64,000 nucleotides of DNA from Eledone cirrhosa (Eukaryota), in assembly GCA_964016885.1 (NCBI GenBank), contig OZ024743.1, positions 135,532,001 to 135,596,000 on the forward strand, given 5' to 3'. Shown here piece after piece: positions 11,490 through 23,900 of the stretch (position 1 is its first letter; every line of letters begins with the position of its first letter). The notes beneath the pieces were generated by a model. The model ran no database searches. It saw only the letters and a list, made by a program, of their open reading frames with translations, and had not been told where the DNA came from. The position numbers were made by a program, and so were the translations under genes.

Positions 11490-12400
11490 TGCTTGGTGTT
11501 TGGTGCTTGGGGTTTGGTGCTTGGTGTTCGGTGCTTGCTGCCTGGTGCTTGGTGCTTGGTGCTTGGTGTTTGGTGCTTGGTGTTTGGTGCTTGGTATTAG
11601 GTGTTTGGTGCTTGGTGCTTGGTGTTTGGTGTTTGGTGCTTGGTGTTTGGTGCTTGGTGTTTGGTGTTTGGTGCTTGGTGTTTGGTGCTTGGTACTTGGT
11701 GCTTGGTGCTTGGTGTTAGGTGTTTGGTGCTTGGTGCTTGGTGTTTGGTTTTTGGTGCTTGGTGCTTGGTGTTTGGTGTTTGGTGCTTGCTGCTGGCTGC
11801 TTGGTGTTTGGTGCTTGGTGATTGGTGCTTGGTGTTTGGTGCTTGGTGTTTGGTGTTTGGTACTAGGTGCTTGGTGCTTGGTGTTTGGTGCTTGGTGCTT
11901 GGTGTTTGGTGTTTGGTGCTTGGTGCTTGGTGTTTGGTGCTTGGTGCTGGGTTCTGGGTGGTTGGTGTTTGGTGCTTGGTGTTTGGTGCTGGGTGCTTGG
12001 TGTTTGGTGCTTGGTGCTTGGTCTTTGGTGTTTGGTGTTTGGTGTTTGGGGCTTGGTGCTTGGTGCTTAGTGTTTGGTGCTAGGTGCTTGGGGTTTGGTG
12101 TTTGGTGCTTGGTGCTTGGTGTTTGGTGCTTGGTGCTTGGTGTTTGGTGTTTGGTGCTTGGTGCTTGGTGTTTGGTGTTTCCTGTTTGCTGTTTGGTGTT
12201 TGGTGTTTGCTGTTTGCTGTTTGGTGTCTGCTTTTTGGGGTTTGGTGTTTGCTGTATGTTATTTGCTGTTTGGTGTTTGGTGTTTGGTGTTTGGTGCTTG
12301 GTGCTTGGTGTTTGGTGCTTGGTGCTTGGTGTTTGGTGCCTGGTGCTTGGGGCTTGGTGTTTGGTGTTTGGTGCTTGGTGCTTGGAGTTTGGTGTTTGGT
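11490..12400. repeat. Dispersed third partial copy of the 1930-bp unit (similar to ~870-1780)
   Basis: ORF 11601 aligns with ORF 975 (offset 10626). Shared markers occur in the same order: TCGGTGC-TTGCTGC-CTGG, GGTATTAGG, GCTGCTGGCTGC, GGGTTCTGGG, TATGTTATTT. Confidence 0.82.
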
Positions 12401-14479
12401 GCTTGGTGCTTGGTGTTTGGTGCTTGGTGCTTGGTGTTTGGTGCCTGGTGCTTGGGGCTTGGTGTTTGGTGTTTGGTGCTTGGTGCTTGGTGTTTTGTGT
12501 TTGGTGTTTGGTTTTTGGTGCTTGGTGCTTGGTGCTTGGTGCTTGGTGCTTGGTGCTTGGTCCTTGGTGTTTGGTGCTTGGTGCTTGGTGTTTGTACTTG
12601 GTGCTTGGTGCTTGGTGTTTGGTTCTTGGTTCTTGGTGTTTGGTACTTGGTGCTTGGTGCTTGGTGCTTGGTGTTTGGTGTTTGGTGCTTGGTGTTAGGT
12701 GTTTGGTGCTTGGTGCTTGGTGTTTGGTGCTTGGTGTTTGGTGTTTGCTGATTGCTGTTTGGTGTTTGGTGTTTGGTGTTTGGTGTTTGCTGTATGGTGT
12801 TTGCTGTTTCGTGTTTGGTGTTTGCTGTTTTCTGTTTGGTGTTTGCTGTTTGGTGTTTGGTCTTTGGTGCTTGGTGTTTGGTGCTTGGTGCTTGGTGTTT
12901 GGTGTTTGGTGCTTGGTGCTTGGTGCTTCGTGTTTGGTGTTTGGTGCTTGGTGTCTGGAGCTTGGTGTTTGGTGTTTGGTGCTTGGTGTTTGGTGTTTGG
13001 TGCTTGGTGCTTGGTGTTTGGTGCTTGGTGCTTGGTGTTTGTACTTGGTGCTTGGTGCTTGGTGTTTGGTGCTTGTTTCTTGGTGTTTGGTGCCTGGTGT
13101 TTGGTGCTTGGTGCTTGGTGTTTGGTGCTTGGTGCTTGGTGCTTGGTGCTTGGTGTTAGGTGTTTGGTGCTTGGTGCTTGGTGTTTGGTGTTTGGTTCTT
13201 GGTGCTTGGTATTTGGTGCTTGGTGCTTGCTGCTTGGTGTTTGGTGCTTGGTGATTGATGCTTGGTGTTTGGTGCTTGGTGCTTGGTGTTTGGTTTTTGG
13301 TGCTAGGTGCTTGGTGCTTGGTGTTTGGTGCTTGGTGTTTGGTGTTTGGTGCTTGGTGCTTGGTGTTTGGTACTTGGTGCTTGGTGCTTGGTGTTTGGTG
13401 CTTGGTGCTTGGTGTTTGGTGTTTGGTGTTTGGTGCTTGGTGCTTGGTGTTTGGTGCTGGGTGCTTGGTGCTGGGTAGTTGGTGTTTGGTGCTTGGTGCT
13501 TGGTGTTTGGTGCTAGGTGCATGGTGCTTGGTGTTTGGTGCTTGGTGCTTGGTGCTTGGTCTTTGGTGTTTGGTGTTTAGTGCTTGGTGCTTGGTGCTTG
13601 GTGCTTGGTGCTTGGTCCTTGGTGTTTGGTGCTTGGTGCTTGGTGTTTGGTGTTTGGTGCTTGGTGCTTGGTGCTTCGTGTTTGGTGTTTGGTGCTTGGT
13701 GTCTGGAGCTTGGTGTTTGGTGTTTGGTGCTTGGTGCTTGGTGTTTGGTGCTTGGTGCTTGGTGTTTGGTGCTTGGTGATTGGTGTTTGTACTTGGTGTT
13801 TGGTGCTTGGTGTTTGGTGCTTGGTTCTTGGTGGTTGGTGCTTGGTGTTTGGAGCTTGGTGCTTGGTGTTTGGTGCTTGGTGCTTGGTGTTTGGTGTTTG
13901 GTGCTTGGTGCTAGGTGTTTGGTGCTTGGTGCTTGGTGTTTGGTGTTTGGTTCTTGGTGCTTGGTATTTGGTGCTTGGTGCTTGCTGCTTGGTGTTTGGT
14001 GCTTGGTGATTGATGCTTGGTGGTTGGTGCTTGGTGCTTGGTGTTTGGTTTTTGGTGCTAGGTGCTTGGTGTTTGGTGTTTGTTGCTTGGTGTTTGGTGT
14101 TTGGTGCTTGGTGCTTGGGGCTTGGTGTTTGGTACTTGGTGCTTGGTGCTTGGTGTTTGGTGCTTGGTGCTTGGTGTTTGGTGTTTGGTGTTTGGTGCTT
14201 GGTGCTTGGTGTTTGGTGCTTGGTGCTTGGTGCTGGGTGGTTGGTGTTTGGTGCTTGGTGCTTGGTGTTTGGTGCTTGGTGCATGGTGCTTGGTGTTTGG
14301 TGCTTGGTGCTTGGTGCTTGGTCTTTGGTGTTTGGTGTTTAGTTCTTGGTGCTTGGTGTTTGGTGCTTGGTGCATTGTGATTAGTGTTTGGTGCTTGGTC
14401 CTTGGGGTTTGGTGTTTGGTGCTTGGTGCTTGGTGTTTGGTGCTGGGTACTTGGTGTTTGGTGCTTGGTGTTTGCTGTT

Positions 14480-17400
14480 TGCTGTTTGGTGTTTTTGGTG
14501 TTTGCTGTTTGCTGTTTGGTGTTTGCTCTATGGTGTTTGCTGTTTCATGTTTGGTGTTTGCTGTTTGGTGTTTGGTGTTTGCTGTTTGGTGTTTGGTCTT
14601 TGGTGCATGGTGTTTGGTGTTTGGTGCTTGGTGCTTGGTGCTTGGTGTTTGGTGTTTGGTGTTTGGTGCTTGGTGCCTGGTGCTTGTAGTTTGGTGATTG
14701 GTGCTTGGTGTTTGCTGTTTGGTGTTTGGTGTTTGGTGTTTGCTGTTTGGTGTTTGGTGCTTGGTGCTTGGTGCTTGGTGTTTGGTGCTTGGTGCTTGGT
14801 GTTTGGTGTTTGGTGCTTGGTGTTTGGTGCTTGGTGCCTGGTGCTTGTTGTTTGGTGCTTGGTGTTTGGTGTTTGGTGTTTGGTGCTTGGTGTTTGGTGC
14901 TTGGTGTTTGGTGTTTGGTGCTTGGTGCTTGGTGTTTTGTGTTTGATGCTTGGTGCTTGGTGCTTGGTGTTTGGTGTTTGCTGCTTGGTGTCTGGTGCTT
15001 GGTGCTGGGTGCTTGGTGTTTGGTGCTTGGTGTTTGGTGCTTGGTGCTTGGTGCTTGTGTTAGGTGTTTGGTGCTTGGTGTTTGGTGTTTGGTGCTTCAT
15101 GCTTGGTGCTTGGTGTTTGGTGCTTGGTGCTTGGTGTTTGGTGCTTGGTGCCTGGTGCATGGTGTTTGGTGCTTGATGCTTGGTGATTGGTGTTTGCTGT
15201 TAGGTGTTTGGTGCTTGGTGCTTGGTGTTTGGTGCTTGGTGCTTGGTGTTTGGTGTTTGGTGCCTGGTGATTGGTGCTTGGTGTATGGTGCTTGGTGCTT
15301 GGTGTTTGGTGCTAGGTGCGTGGTGCTTGGTGCTTGGTGTTTGGTGCTTGGTGTTTGGTGCTTGGCACTTGGGGCTTGGTGTTTGGTGCTTGGTGCTTGG
15401 TGCTTGGTGTTTGGTGCTTGGTGCTTGGTGTTTGGTGTTTGGTGCTTGGTGTTTGGTGCTTGGTGCTTGGTGCTGGGTGATTGGTGTTTGGTGCTTGGTG
15501 CTTGGTGTTTGGTGTTTGGTGCTTGGTGCTTGGTGCTTGGTGTTTGGTGCTTGGTGCTTGGTGCTTGGTCTTTGGTGCTTGGTGTTTGGTGTTTGGTGCT
15601 TGGTGCTTGGTGTTTGGTGCTTGGTGCTTGGTGATTAGTGTTTGGTGCTTGCTGCTTGGGGCTTGGTGTTTGGTGCTTGGTGCTTGGTGTTTGGTGCTTG
15701 GTGCTTGGTGTTTGGTGCTTGGTGTTTGGTCTTTGCTGTTTGGTGTTTGGTGTTTGGTGTTTGCTGTTTGCTGTTTGCTTTTTGGTGTTTGGTGTTTGCT
15801 GTATGGTGTTTGCTGTTTCGTGTTTATTGTTTGCTGTTTGGTGTTTGGTGTTTGGTGTTTGCTGTTTCCTGTTTGGTCTTTAGTCTTTGGTGCTTGGTGT
15901 TTGGTGCTTGGTGCTTGGTGTTTGGTATTTGGTGCTTGGTGTTTGGTGCTTGGTGCTTGGTGTTTGGTATTTGGGGCTTGGTGATTGGTGCTTGGTGCTT
16001 GGTGTTTGGTGTTTGGTGCTTGGGGCTTGGTGTTTGGTGCTGCGTGCTTGGTGATTGGTGCTTGGTGCTTGGTGTTTTGTGTTTGGTGTTTGATGCTTGG
16101 TGTTTGGTGTTTGGTGCTTGGTGCTTGGTGTTTGGTGTTTGATGCTTGGTGCTTGATGCTTGGTGCTTGGTGCTTGGTGTTTGGTGCTTGGTGCTTGGTG
16201 TTTGTACTTGTTGCTTGGTGCTTGGTGTTTGGTGCTTGGTTTTTGGTGCTTGGTGTTTGGTGTTTGCTGTTTGCTGTTTGGTGCTTGGTGTTTGCTGTTT
16301 GGTATTTGTTGTTTGGTGTTTGCTGTTTGGTGTTTGCTGTTTGGTGTTTGGTGCTTGCTGTTTGCTGCTTGGTGTTTGGTGCTTGGTGCTTAGTGTTTGG
16401 TGTTTGGTGTTTGGTGCTTGGTGCTTGGGGCTTGGTGTTTGGTGCTTGGTGCTTGGTGCTTGGTGCTTGGTGCATGGTGCTTGGTGCTTGGTGTTTGTCG
16501 CTTGGTGCTTGGTGCTTGGTGTTTGGTGTTTGGTGTTTGGTGTTTGGTGTTTGGTGTTTGCTGTTTGCTGTTTGGTGTCTGCTTTTTGGTGTTTGGTGTT
16601 TTCTGTATGGTGTTTGCTGTTTCGTGTTTGGTGTTTGCTGTTTGGTGTTTGCGGTTTGCTGTTTGGTGTTTGGTGCTTGGTGCTTGGTGCTTGGTGTCTG
16701 GTGTTTGGTGCTTGGTGTTTGGTGTTTGGTTCTTGGTGCTTGGATTTTGGTGCTTGGTGCCTGGTGCTTGGTGTTTGTTGTTTGATGATTGGTGCTTGAT
16801 GCTTGGTGCTTGGTGTTTGGTGCTTGGTGCTTGGTGTTTGTACTTGTTACTTGGTGCTTGGTGTCTGGTGTTTGGTGCTTGGTGTCTGGTGTTTTGTGCT
16901 TGGTGTTTGGTGTTTGGTGCTTGGTGCTTGGTGTTTGTACTTGGTGCTTGGTGCTTGGTGTTTGGTGCTTGTTTCTTGGTGTTTGGTGCTTGGTGTTTGG
17001 TGCTTGGTGCTTGGTGTTTGGTGCTTGGTGCTTGGTGCTTGGTGCTTGGTGTTAGGTGTTTGGTGCTTGGTGCTTGGTGTTTGGTGTTTGGTTCTTGGTG
17101 CTTGGTATTTGGTGCTTGGTGCTTGCTGCTTGGTGTTTGGTGCTTGGTGATTGATGCTTGGTGTTTGGTGCTTGGTGCTTGGTGTTTGGTTTTTGGTGCT
17201 AGGTGCTTGGTGCTTGGTGTTTGGTGCTTGGTGTTTGGTGTTTGGTGCTTGGTGCTTGGTGTTTGGTACTTGGTGCTTGGTGCTTGGTGTTTGGTGCTTG
17301 GTGCTTGGTGTTTGGTGTTTGCTGTTTGGTGTTTTTGGTGTTTGCTGTTTGCTGTTTGGTGTTTGCTCTATGGTGTTTGCTGTTTCATGTTTGGTGTTTG

Positions 17401-20165
17401 CTGTTTGGTGTTTGGTGTTTGCTGTTTGGTGTTTGGTCTTTGGTGCATGGTGTTTGGTGTTTGGTGCTTGGTGCTTGGTGCTTGGTGTTTGGTGTTTGGT
17501 GTTTGGTGCTTGGTGCCTGGTGCTTGTAGTTTGGTGATTGGTGCTTGGTGTTTGCTGTTTGGTGTTTGGTGTTTGGTGTTTGCTGTTTGGTGTTTGGTGC
17601 TTGGTGCTTGGTGCTTGGTGTTTGGTGCTTGGTGCTTGGTGTTTGGTGTTTGGTGCTTGGTGTTTGGTGCTTGGTGCCTGGTGCTTGTTGTTTGGTGCTT
17701 GGTGTTTGGTGTTTGGTGTTTGGTGCTTGGTGTTTGGTGCTTGGTGTTTGGTGTTTGGTGCTTGGTGCTTGGTGTTTTGTGTTTGATGCTTGGTGCTTGG
17801 TGCTTGGTGTTTGGTGTTTGCTGCTTGGTGTCTGGTGCTTGGTGCTGGGTGCTTGGTGTTTGGTGCTTGGTGTTTGGTGCTTGGTGCTTGGTGCTTGTGT
17901 TAGGTGTTTGGTGCTTGGTGTTTGGTGTTTGGTGCTTCATGCTTGGTGCTTGGTGTTTGGTGCTTGGTGCTTGGTGTTTGGTGCTTGGTGCCTGGTGCAT
18001 GGTGTTTGGTGCTTGATGCTTGGTGATTGGTGTTTGCTGTTAGGTGTTTGGTGCTTGGTGCTTGGTGTTTGGTGCTTGGTGCTTGGTGTTTGGTGTTTGG
18101 TGCCTGGTGATTGGTGCTTGGTGTATGGTGCTTGGTGCTTGGTGTTTGGTGCTAGGTGCGTGGTGCTTGGTGCTTGGTGTTTGGTGCTTGGTGTTTGGTG
18201 CTTGGCACTTGGGGCTTGGTGTTTGGTGCTTGGTGCTTGGTGCTTGGTGTTTGGTGCTTGGTGCTTGGTGTTTGGTGTTTGGTGCTTGGTGTTTGGTGCT
18301 TGGTGCTTGGTGCTGGGTGATTGGTGTTTGGTGCTTGGTGCTTGGTGTTTGGTGTTTGGTGCTTGGTGCTTGGTGCTTGGTGTTTGGTGCTTGGTGCTTG
18401 GTGCTTGGTCTTTGGTGCTTGGTGTTTGGTGTTTGGTGCTTGGTGCTTGGTGTTTGGTGCTTGGTGCTTGGTGATTAGTGTTTGGTGCTTGCTGCTTGGG
18501 GCTTGGTGTTTGGTGCTTGGTGCTTGGTGTTTGGTGCTTGGTGCTTGGTGTTTGGTGCTTGGTGTTTGGTCTTTGCTGTTTGGTGTTTGGTGTTTGGTGT
18601 TTGCTGTTTGCTGTTTGCTTTTTGGTGTTTGGTGTTTGCTGTATGGTGTTTGCTGTTTCGTGTTTATTGTTTGCTGTTTGGTGTTTGGTGTTTGGTGTTT
18701 GCTGTTTCCTGTTTGGTCTTTAGTCTTTGGTGCTTGGTGTTTGGTGCTTGGTGCTTGGTGTTTGGTATTTGGTGCTTGGTGTTTGGTGCTTGGTGCTTGG
18801 TGTTTGGTATTTGGGGCTTGGTGATTGGTGCTTGGTGCTTGGTGTTTGGTGTTTGGTGCTTGGGGCTTGGTGTTTGGTGCTGCGTGCTTGGTGATTGGTG
18901 CTTGGTGCTTGGTGTTTTGTGTTTGGTGTTTGATGCTTGGTGTTTGGTGTTTGGTGCTTGGTGCTTGGTGTTTGGTGTTTGATGCTTGGTGCTTGATGCT
19001 TGGTGCTTGGTGCTTGGTGTTTGGTGCTTGGTGCTTGGTGTTTGTACTTGTTGCTTGGTGCTTGGTGTTTGGTGCTTGGTTTTTGGTGCTTGGTGTTTGG
19101 TGTTTGCTGTTTGCTGTTTGGTGCTTGGTGTTTGCTGTTTGGTATTTGTTGTTTGGTGTTTGCTGTTTGGTGTTTGCTGTTTGGTGTTTGGTGCTTGCTG
19201 TTTGCTGCTTGGTGTTTGGTGCTTGGTGCTTAGTGTTTGGTGTTTGGTGTTTGGTGCTTGGTGCTTGGGGCTTGGTGTTTGGTGCTTGGTGCTTGGTGCT
19301 TGGTGCTTGGTGCATGGTGCTTGGTGCTTGGTGTTTGTCGCTTGGTGCTTGGTGCTTGGTGTTTGGTGTTTGGTGTTTGGTGTTTGGTGTTTGGTGTTTG
19401 GTGTTTGCTGTTTGCTGTTTGGTGTCTGCTTTTTGGTGTTTGGTGTTTTCTGTATGGTGTTTGCTGTTTCGTGTTTGGTGTTTGCTGTTTGGTGTTTGCG
19501 GTTTGCTGTTTGGTGTTTGGTGCTTGGTGCTTGGTGCTTGGTGTCTGGTGTTTGGTGCTTGGTGTTTGGTGTTTGGTTCTTGGTGCTTGGATTTTGGTGC
19601 TTGGTGCCTGGTGCTTGGTGTTTGTTGTTTGATGATTGGTGCTTGATGCTTGGTGCTTGGTGTTTGGTGCTTGGTGCTTGGTGTTTGTACTTGTTACTTG
19701 GTGCTTGGTGTCTGGTGTTTGGTGCTTGGTGTCTGGTGTTTTGTGCTTGGTGTTTGGTGTTTGGTGCTTGGTGCTTGGTGTTTGTACTTGGTGCTTGGTG
19801 CTTGGTGTTTGGTGCTTGTTTCTTGGTGTTTGGTGCTTGGTGTTTGGTGCTTGGTGCTTGGTGTTTGGTGCTTGGTGCTTGGTGCTTGGTGCTTGGTGTT
19901 AGGTGTTTGGTGCTTGGTGCTTGGTGTTTGGTGTTTGGTTCTTGGTGCTTGGTATTTGGTGCTTGGTGCTTGCTGCTTGGTGTTTGGTGCTTGGTGATTG
20001 ATGCTTGGTGTTTGGTGCTTGGTGCTTGGTGTTTGGTTTTTGGTGCTAGGTGCTTGGTGCTTGGTGTTTGGTGCTTGGTGTTTGGTGTTTGGTGCTTGGT
20101 GCTTGGTGTTTGGTACTTGGTGCTTGGTGCTTGGTGTTTGGTGCTTGGTGCTTGGTGTTTGGTGT
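14480..20165. repeat. Higher-order tandem duplication, unit 2840/2847 bp, 2 copies
   Basis: Identical ORF pairs 14528/17368, 14705/17545, 15312/18152 and 15642/18482 (offset 2840). The offset becomes 2847 (16789/19636, 17151/19998) after one extra monomer near 19380. Confidence 0.93.
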
Positions 20166-20906
20166 TTGGTGTTTGGTGCTTGGTGCTTGGTGTTTGGTGC
20201 TGGGTGCTTGGTGCTGGGTGGTTGGTGTTTGGTGCTTGGTGCTTGGTGTTTGGTGCTAGGTGCATGGTGCTTGGTGTTTGGTGCTTGGTGCTTGGTGCTT
20301 GGTGCTTGGTCCTTGGTGTTTGGTGCTTGGTGCTAGGTGTTTGGTGTTTGGTGCTTGGTGCTTGGTGCTTCGTGTTTGGTGTTTGGTGCTTGGTGTCTGG
20401 AGCTTGGTGTTTGGTGTTTGGTGCTTGGTGTTTGGTGTTTGGTGCTTGGTGCTTGGTGTTTGGTGCTTGGTGCTTGGTGTTTGTACTTGGTGTTTGGTGC
20501 TTGGTGTTTGGTGCTTGGTTCTTGGTGTTTGGTGCTTGGTGTTTGGAGCTTGGTGCTTGGTGTTTGGTGCTTGGTGCTTGGTGTTTGTACTTGGTGCTTG
20601 GTGCTTGGTGTTTGGTGCTTGGTTCTTGGTGTTTGGTGCTTGGTGTTTGGAGCTTGGTGCTTGGTGTTTGGTGCTTGGTGCTTGGTGTTTGGTGTTTGGT
20701 GCTTGGTGCTAGGTGTTTGGTGCTTGGTGCTTGGTGTTTAGTGTTTGGTTCTTGGTGCTTGGTATTTGGTGCTTTGTGCTTGCTGCTTGGTGTTTGGTGC
20801 TTGGTGATTGATGCTTGGTGCTTGGTGTTTGGTTTTTGGTGCTAGGTGCTTGGTGCTTGGTGTTTGTTGCTTGGTGTTTGGTGTTTGGTGCTTGGTGCTT
20901 GGGGCT

Positions 20907-23900
20907 TGGTGTTTGGTACTTGGTGCTTGGTGCTTGGTGTTTGGTGCTTGGTGCTTGGTGTTTGGTGTTTGGTGTTTGGTGCTTGGTGCTTGGTGTTTGG
21001 TGCTTGGTGCTTGGTGCTGGGTGGTTGGTGTGTGGTGCTTGGTGCTTGGTGTTTGGTGCTTGGTGCATGGTGCTTGGTGTTTGGTGCTTGGTGCTTGGTG
21101 CTTGGTCTTTGGTGTTTGGTGTTTAGTGCTTGGTGCTTGGTGCTTGGTGCTTGGTGCATTGTGATTAGTGTTTGGTGCTTGGTCCTTGGGGTTTGATGTT
21201 TGGTGCTTGGTGCTTGGTGTTTGGTGCTGGGTACTTGGTGTTTGGTGCTTGGTGTTTGCTGTTTGCTGTTTGGTGTTTTTGTGTTTGCTGTTTGCTGTTT
21301 GGTGTCTGCTTTTTGGTGTTTGGTGTTTGCTCTATGGTGTTTGCTGTTTCATGTTTGGTGTTTGCTGTTTGGTGTTTGGTGTTTGCTGTTTGGTGTTTGG
21401 TCTTTGGTGCATGGTGTTTGGTGTTTGGTGCTTGGTGCTTGGTGCTTGGTGTTTGGTGTTTGGTGTTTGGTGCTTGGTGCCTGGTGCTTGTAGTTTGGTG
21501 ATTGGTGCTTGGTGTTTGCTGTTTGGTGTTTGATGTTTGGTGTTTGCTGTTTGCTGTTTGGTGCTTGGTGCTTGGTGCTTGGTGTTTGGTGCTTGGTGCT
21601 TGGTGTTTGGTGCTTGGTGTTTGGTGCTTGGTGTTTGGTGTTTGGTGCTTGGTGCTTGGTGTTTGGTGTTTGATGCTTGGTGCTTGGTGCTTGGTGTTTG
21701 GTGTTTGCTGCTTGGTGTCTGGTTCCTGGTGCTGGGTGCTTGGTGTTTGGTGCTTGGTGTTTGGTGCTTGGTGCTTGGTGCTTGGTGTTAGGTGTTTGGT
21801 GCTTGGTGTTTGGTGTTTGGTGCTTCATGCTTGGTGCTTGGTGTTTGGTGCTTGGTGCTTGGTGTTTGGTGCTTGGTGCCTGGTGCATGGTGTTTGGTGC
21901 TTGATGCTTGGTGATTGGTGTTTGCTGTTAGGTGTTTGGTGCTTGGTGCTTGGTGTTTGGTGCTTGGTGCTTGGTGTTTGGTGTTTGGTGCCTGGTGATT
22001 GGTGCTTGGTGTATGGTGCTTGGTGCTTGGTGTTTGGTGCTAGGTGCGTGGTGCTTGGTGCTTGGTGTTTGGTGCTTGGTGTTTGGTGCTTGGCACTTGG
22101 GGCTTGGTGTTTGGTGCTTGGTGCTTGGTGCTTGGTGTTTGGTGCTTTGTGCTTGGTGTTTGGTGTTTGGTGCTTGGTGTTTGGTGCTTGGTGCTTGGTG
22201 CTGGGTGATTGGTGTTAGGTGCTTGGTGCTTGGTGTTTGGTGCTTGGTGCTTGGTGTTTGGTGTTTGGTGCTTGGTGCTTGGTGCTTGGTGTTTGGTGCT
22301 TGGTGCTTGGTGCTTGGTCTTTGGTGCTTGGTGTTTGGTGTTTGGTGCTTGGTGCTTGGTGTTTGGTGCTTGGTGCTTGGTGATTAGTGTTTGGTGCTTG
22401 CTGCTTGGGGCTTGGTGTTTGGTGCTTGGTGCTTGGTGTTTGGTGCTTGGTGCTTGGTGTTTGGTGCTTGGTGTTTGGTTTTTGCTGTTTGGTGTTTGGT
22501 GTTTGGTGTTTGCGGTTTGCTGTTTGCTTTTTGGTGTTTGGTGTTTGCTGTATGGTGTTTGCTGTTTCGTGTTTATTGTTTGCTGTTTGGTGTTTGGTGT
22601 TTGGTATTTGCTGTTTCCTGTTTGGTCTTTAGTCTTTGGTGCTTGGTGTTTGGTGCTTGGTGCTTGGTGTTTGGTATTTGGTGCTTGGTGTTTGGTGCTT
22701 GGTGCTTGGTGTTTGTTATTTGGGGCTTGGTGATTGGTGCTTGGTGCTTGGTGTTTGGTGTTTGGTGCTTGGGGCTTGGTGTTTGGTGCTGCGTGCTTGG
22801 TGATTGGTGCTTGGTGCTTGGTGTTTTGTGTTTGGTGTTTGATGCTTGGTGTTTGGTGTTTGGTGCTTGGTGCTTGGTGTTTGGTGTTTGATGCTTGGTG
22901 CTTGATGCTTGGTGCTTGTTACTTTGTGTTTGGTGCTTGGTGCTTGGTGTTTGTACTTGTTGCTTGGTGCTTGGTGTTTGGTGCTTGGTTTTTGGTGCTT
23001 GGTGTTTGGTGTTTGCTGTTTGCTGTTTGGTGCTTGGTGTTTGCTGTTTGGTGTTTGTTGTTTGGTGTTTGCTGTTTGGTGTTTGCTGTTTGGTGTTTGG
23101 TGCTTGCTGTTTGGTGCCTGGTGTTTGGTGCTTGGTGCTTAGTGTTTGGTGTTTGGTGTTTGGTGCTTGGTGCTTGGGGCTTGGTGTTTGGTGCTTGGTG
23201 CTTGGTGCTTGGTGCTTGGTGCATGGTGCTTGGTGCTTGGTGTTTGTCGCTTGGTGCTTGGTGCTTGGTGTTTGGTGCTTGGTGTTTGGTGTTTGGTGCT
23301 TGGTGTTTGGTGTTTGGTGTTTGGTGTTTGGTGTTTGGTGTTTGCTGTTTGCTGTTTGGTGTCTGCTTTTTGGTGTTTGGTGTTTTCTGTATGGTGTTTG
23401 CTGTTTCGTGTTTGGTGTTTGCTGTTTGGTGTTTGCGGTTTGCTGTTTGGTGTTTGGTGCTTGGTGCTTGGTGCTTGGTGTTTGGTGTTTGGTGCTTGGT
23501 GTTTGGTGTTTGGTTCTTGGTGCTTGGATTTTGGTGCTTGGTGCCTGGTGCTTGGTGTTTGGTGTTTGATGCTTGGTGCTTGATGCTTGGTGCTTGGTGT
23601 TTGGTGCTTGGTGCTTGGTGTTTGTACTTGTTACTTGGTGCTTGGTGTCTGGTGTTTGGTGCTTGGTGTCTGGTGTTTTGTGCTTGGTGTTTGGTGTTTG
23701 GTGCTTGGTGCTTGGTGTTTGGTGTTTGGTGCTTGGTGCTTGGTGTTTGGTATTTAGTGCTTGGTGTTTGGTGTTTGGTGCTTGGTGCTTGGTGTTTGTT
23801 GCTTGGTACTTGGTGCATGGTGTTTGGTGCTTGGTGCTTGGTGTTTGGTGCTTGGTGTTTGGTGCTTAGTGCTTGGTGTTTGGTGTTTGGTGTTTGATGC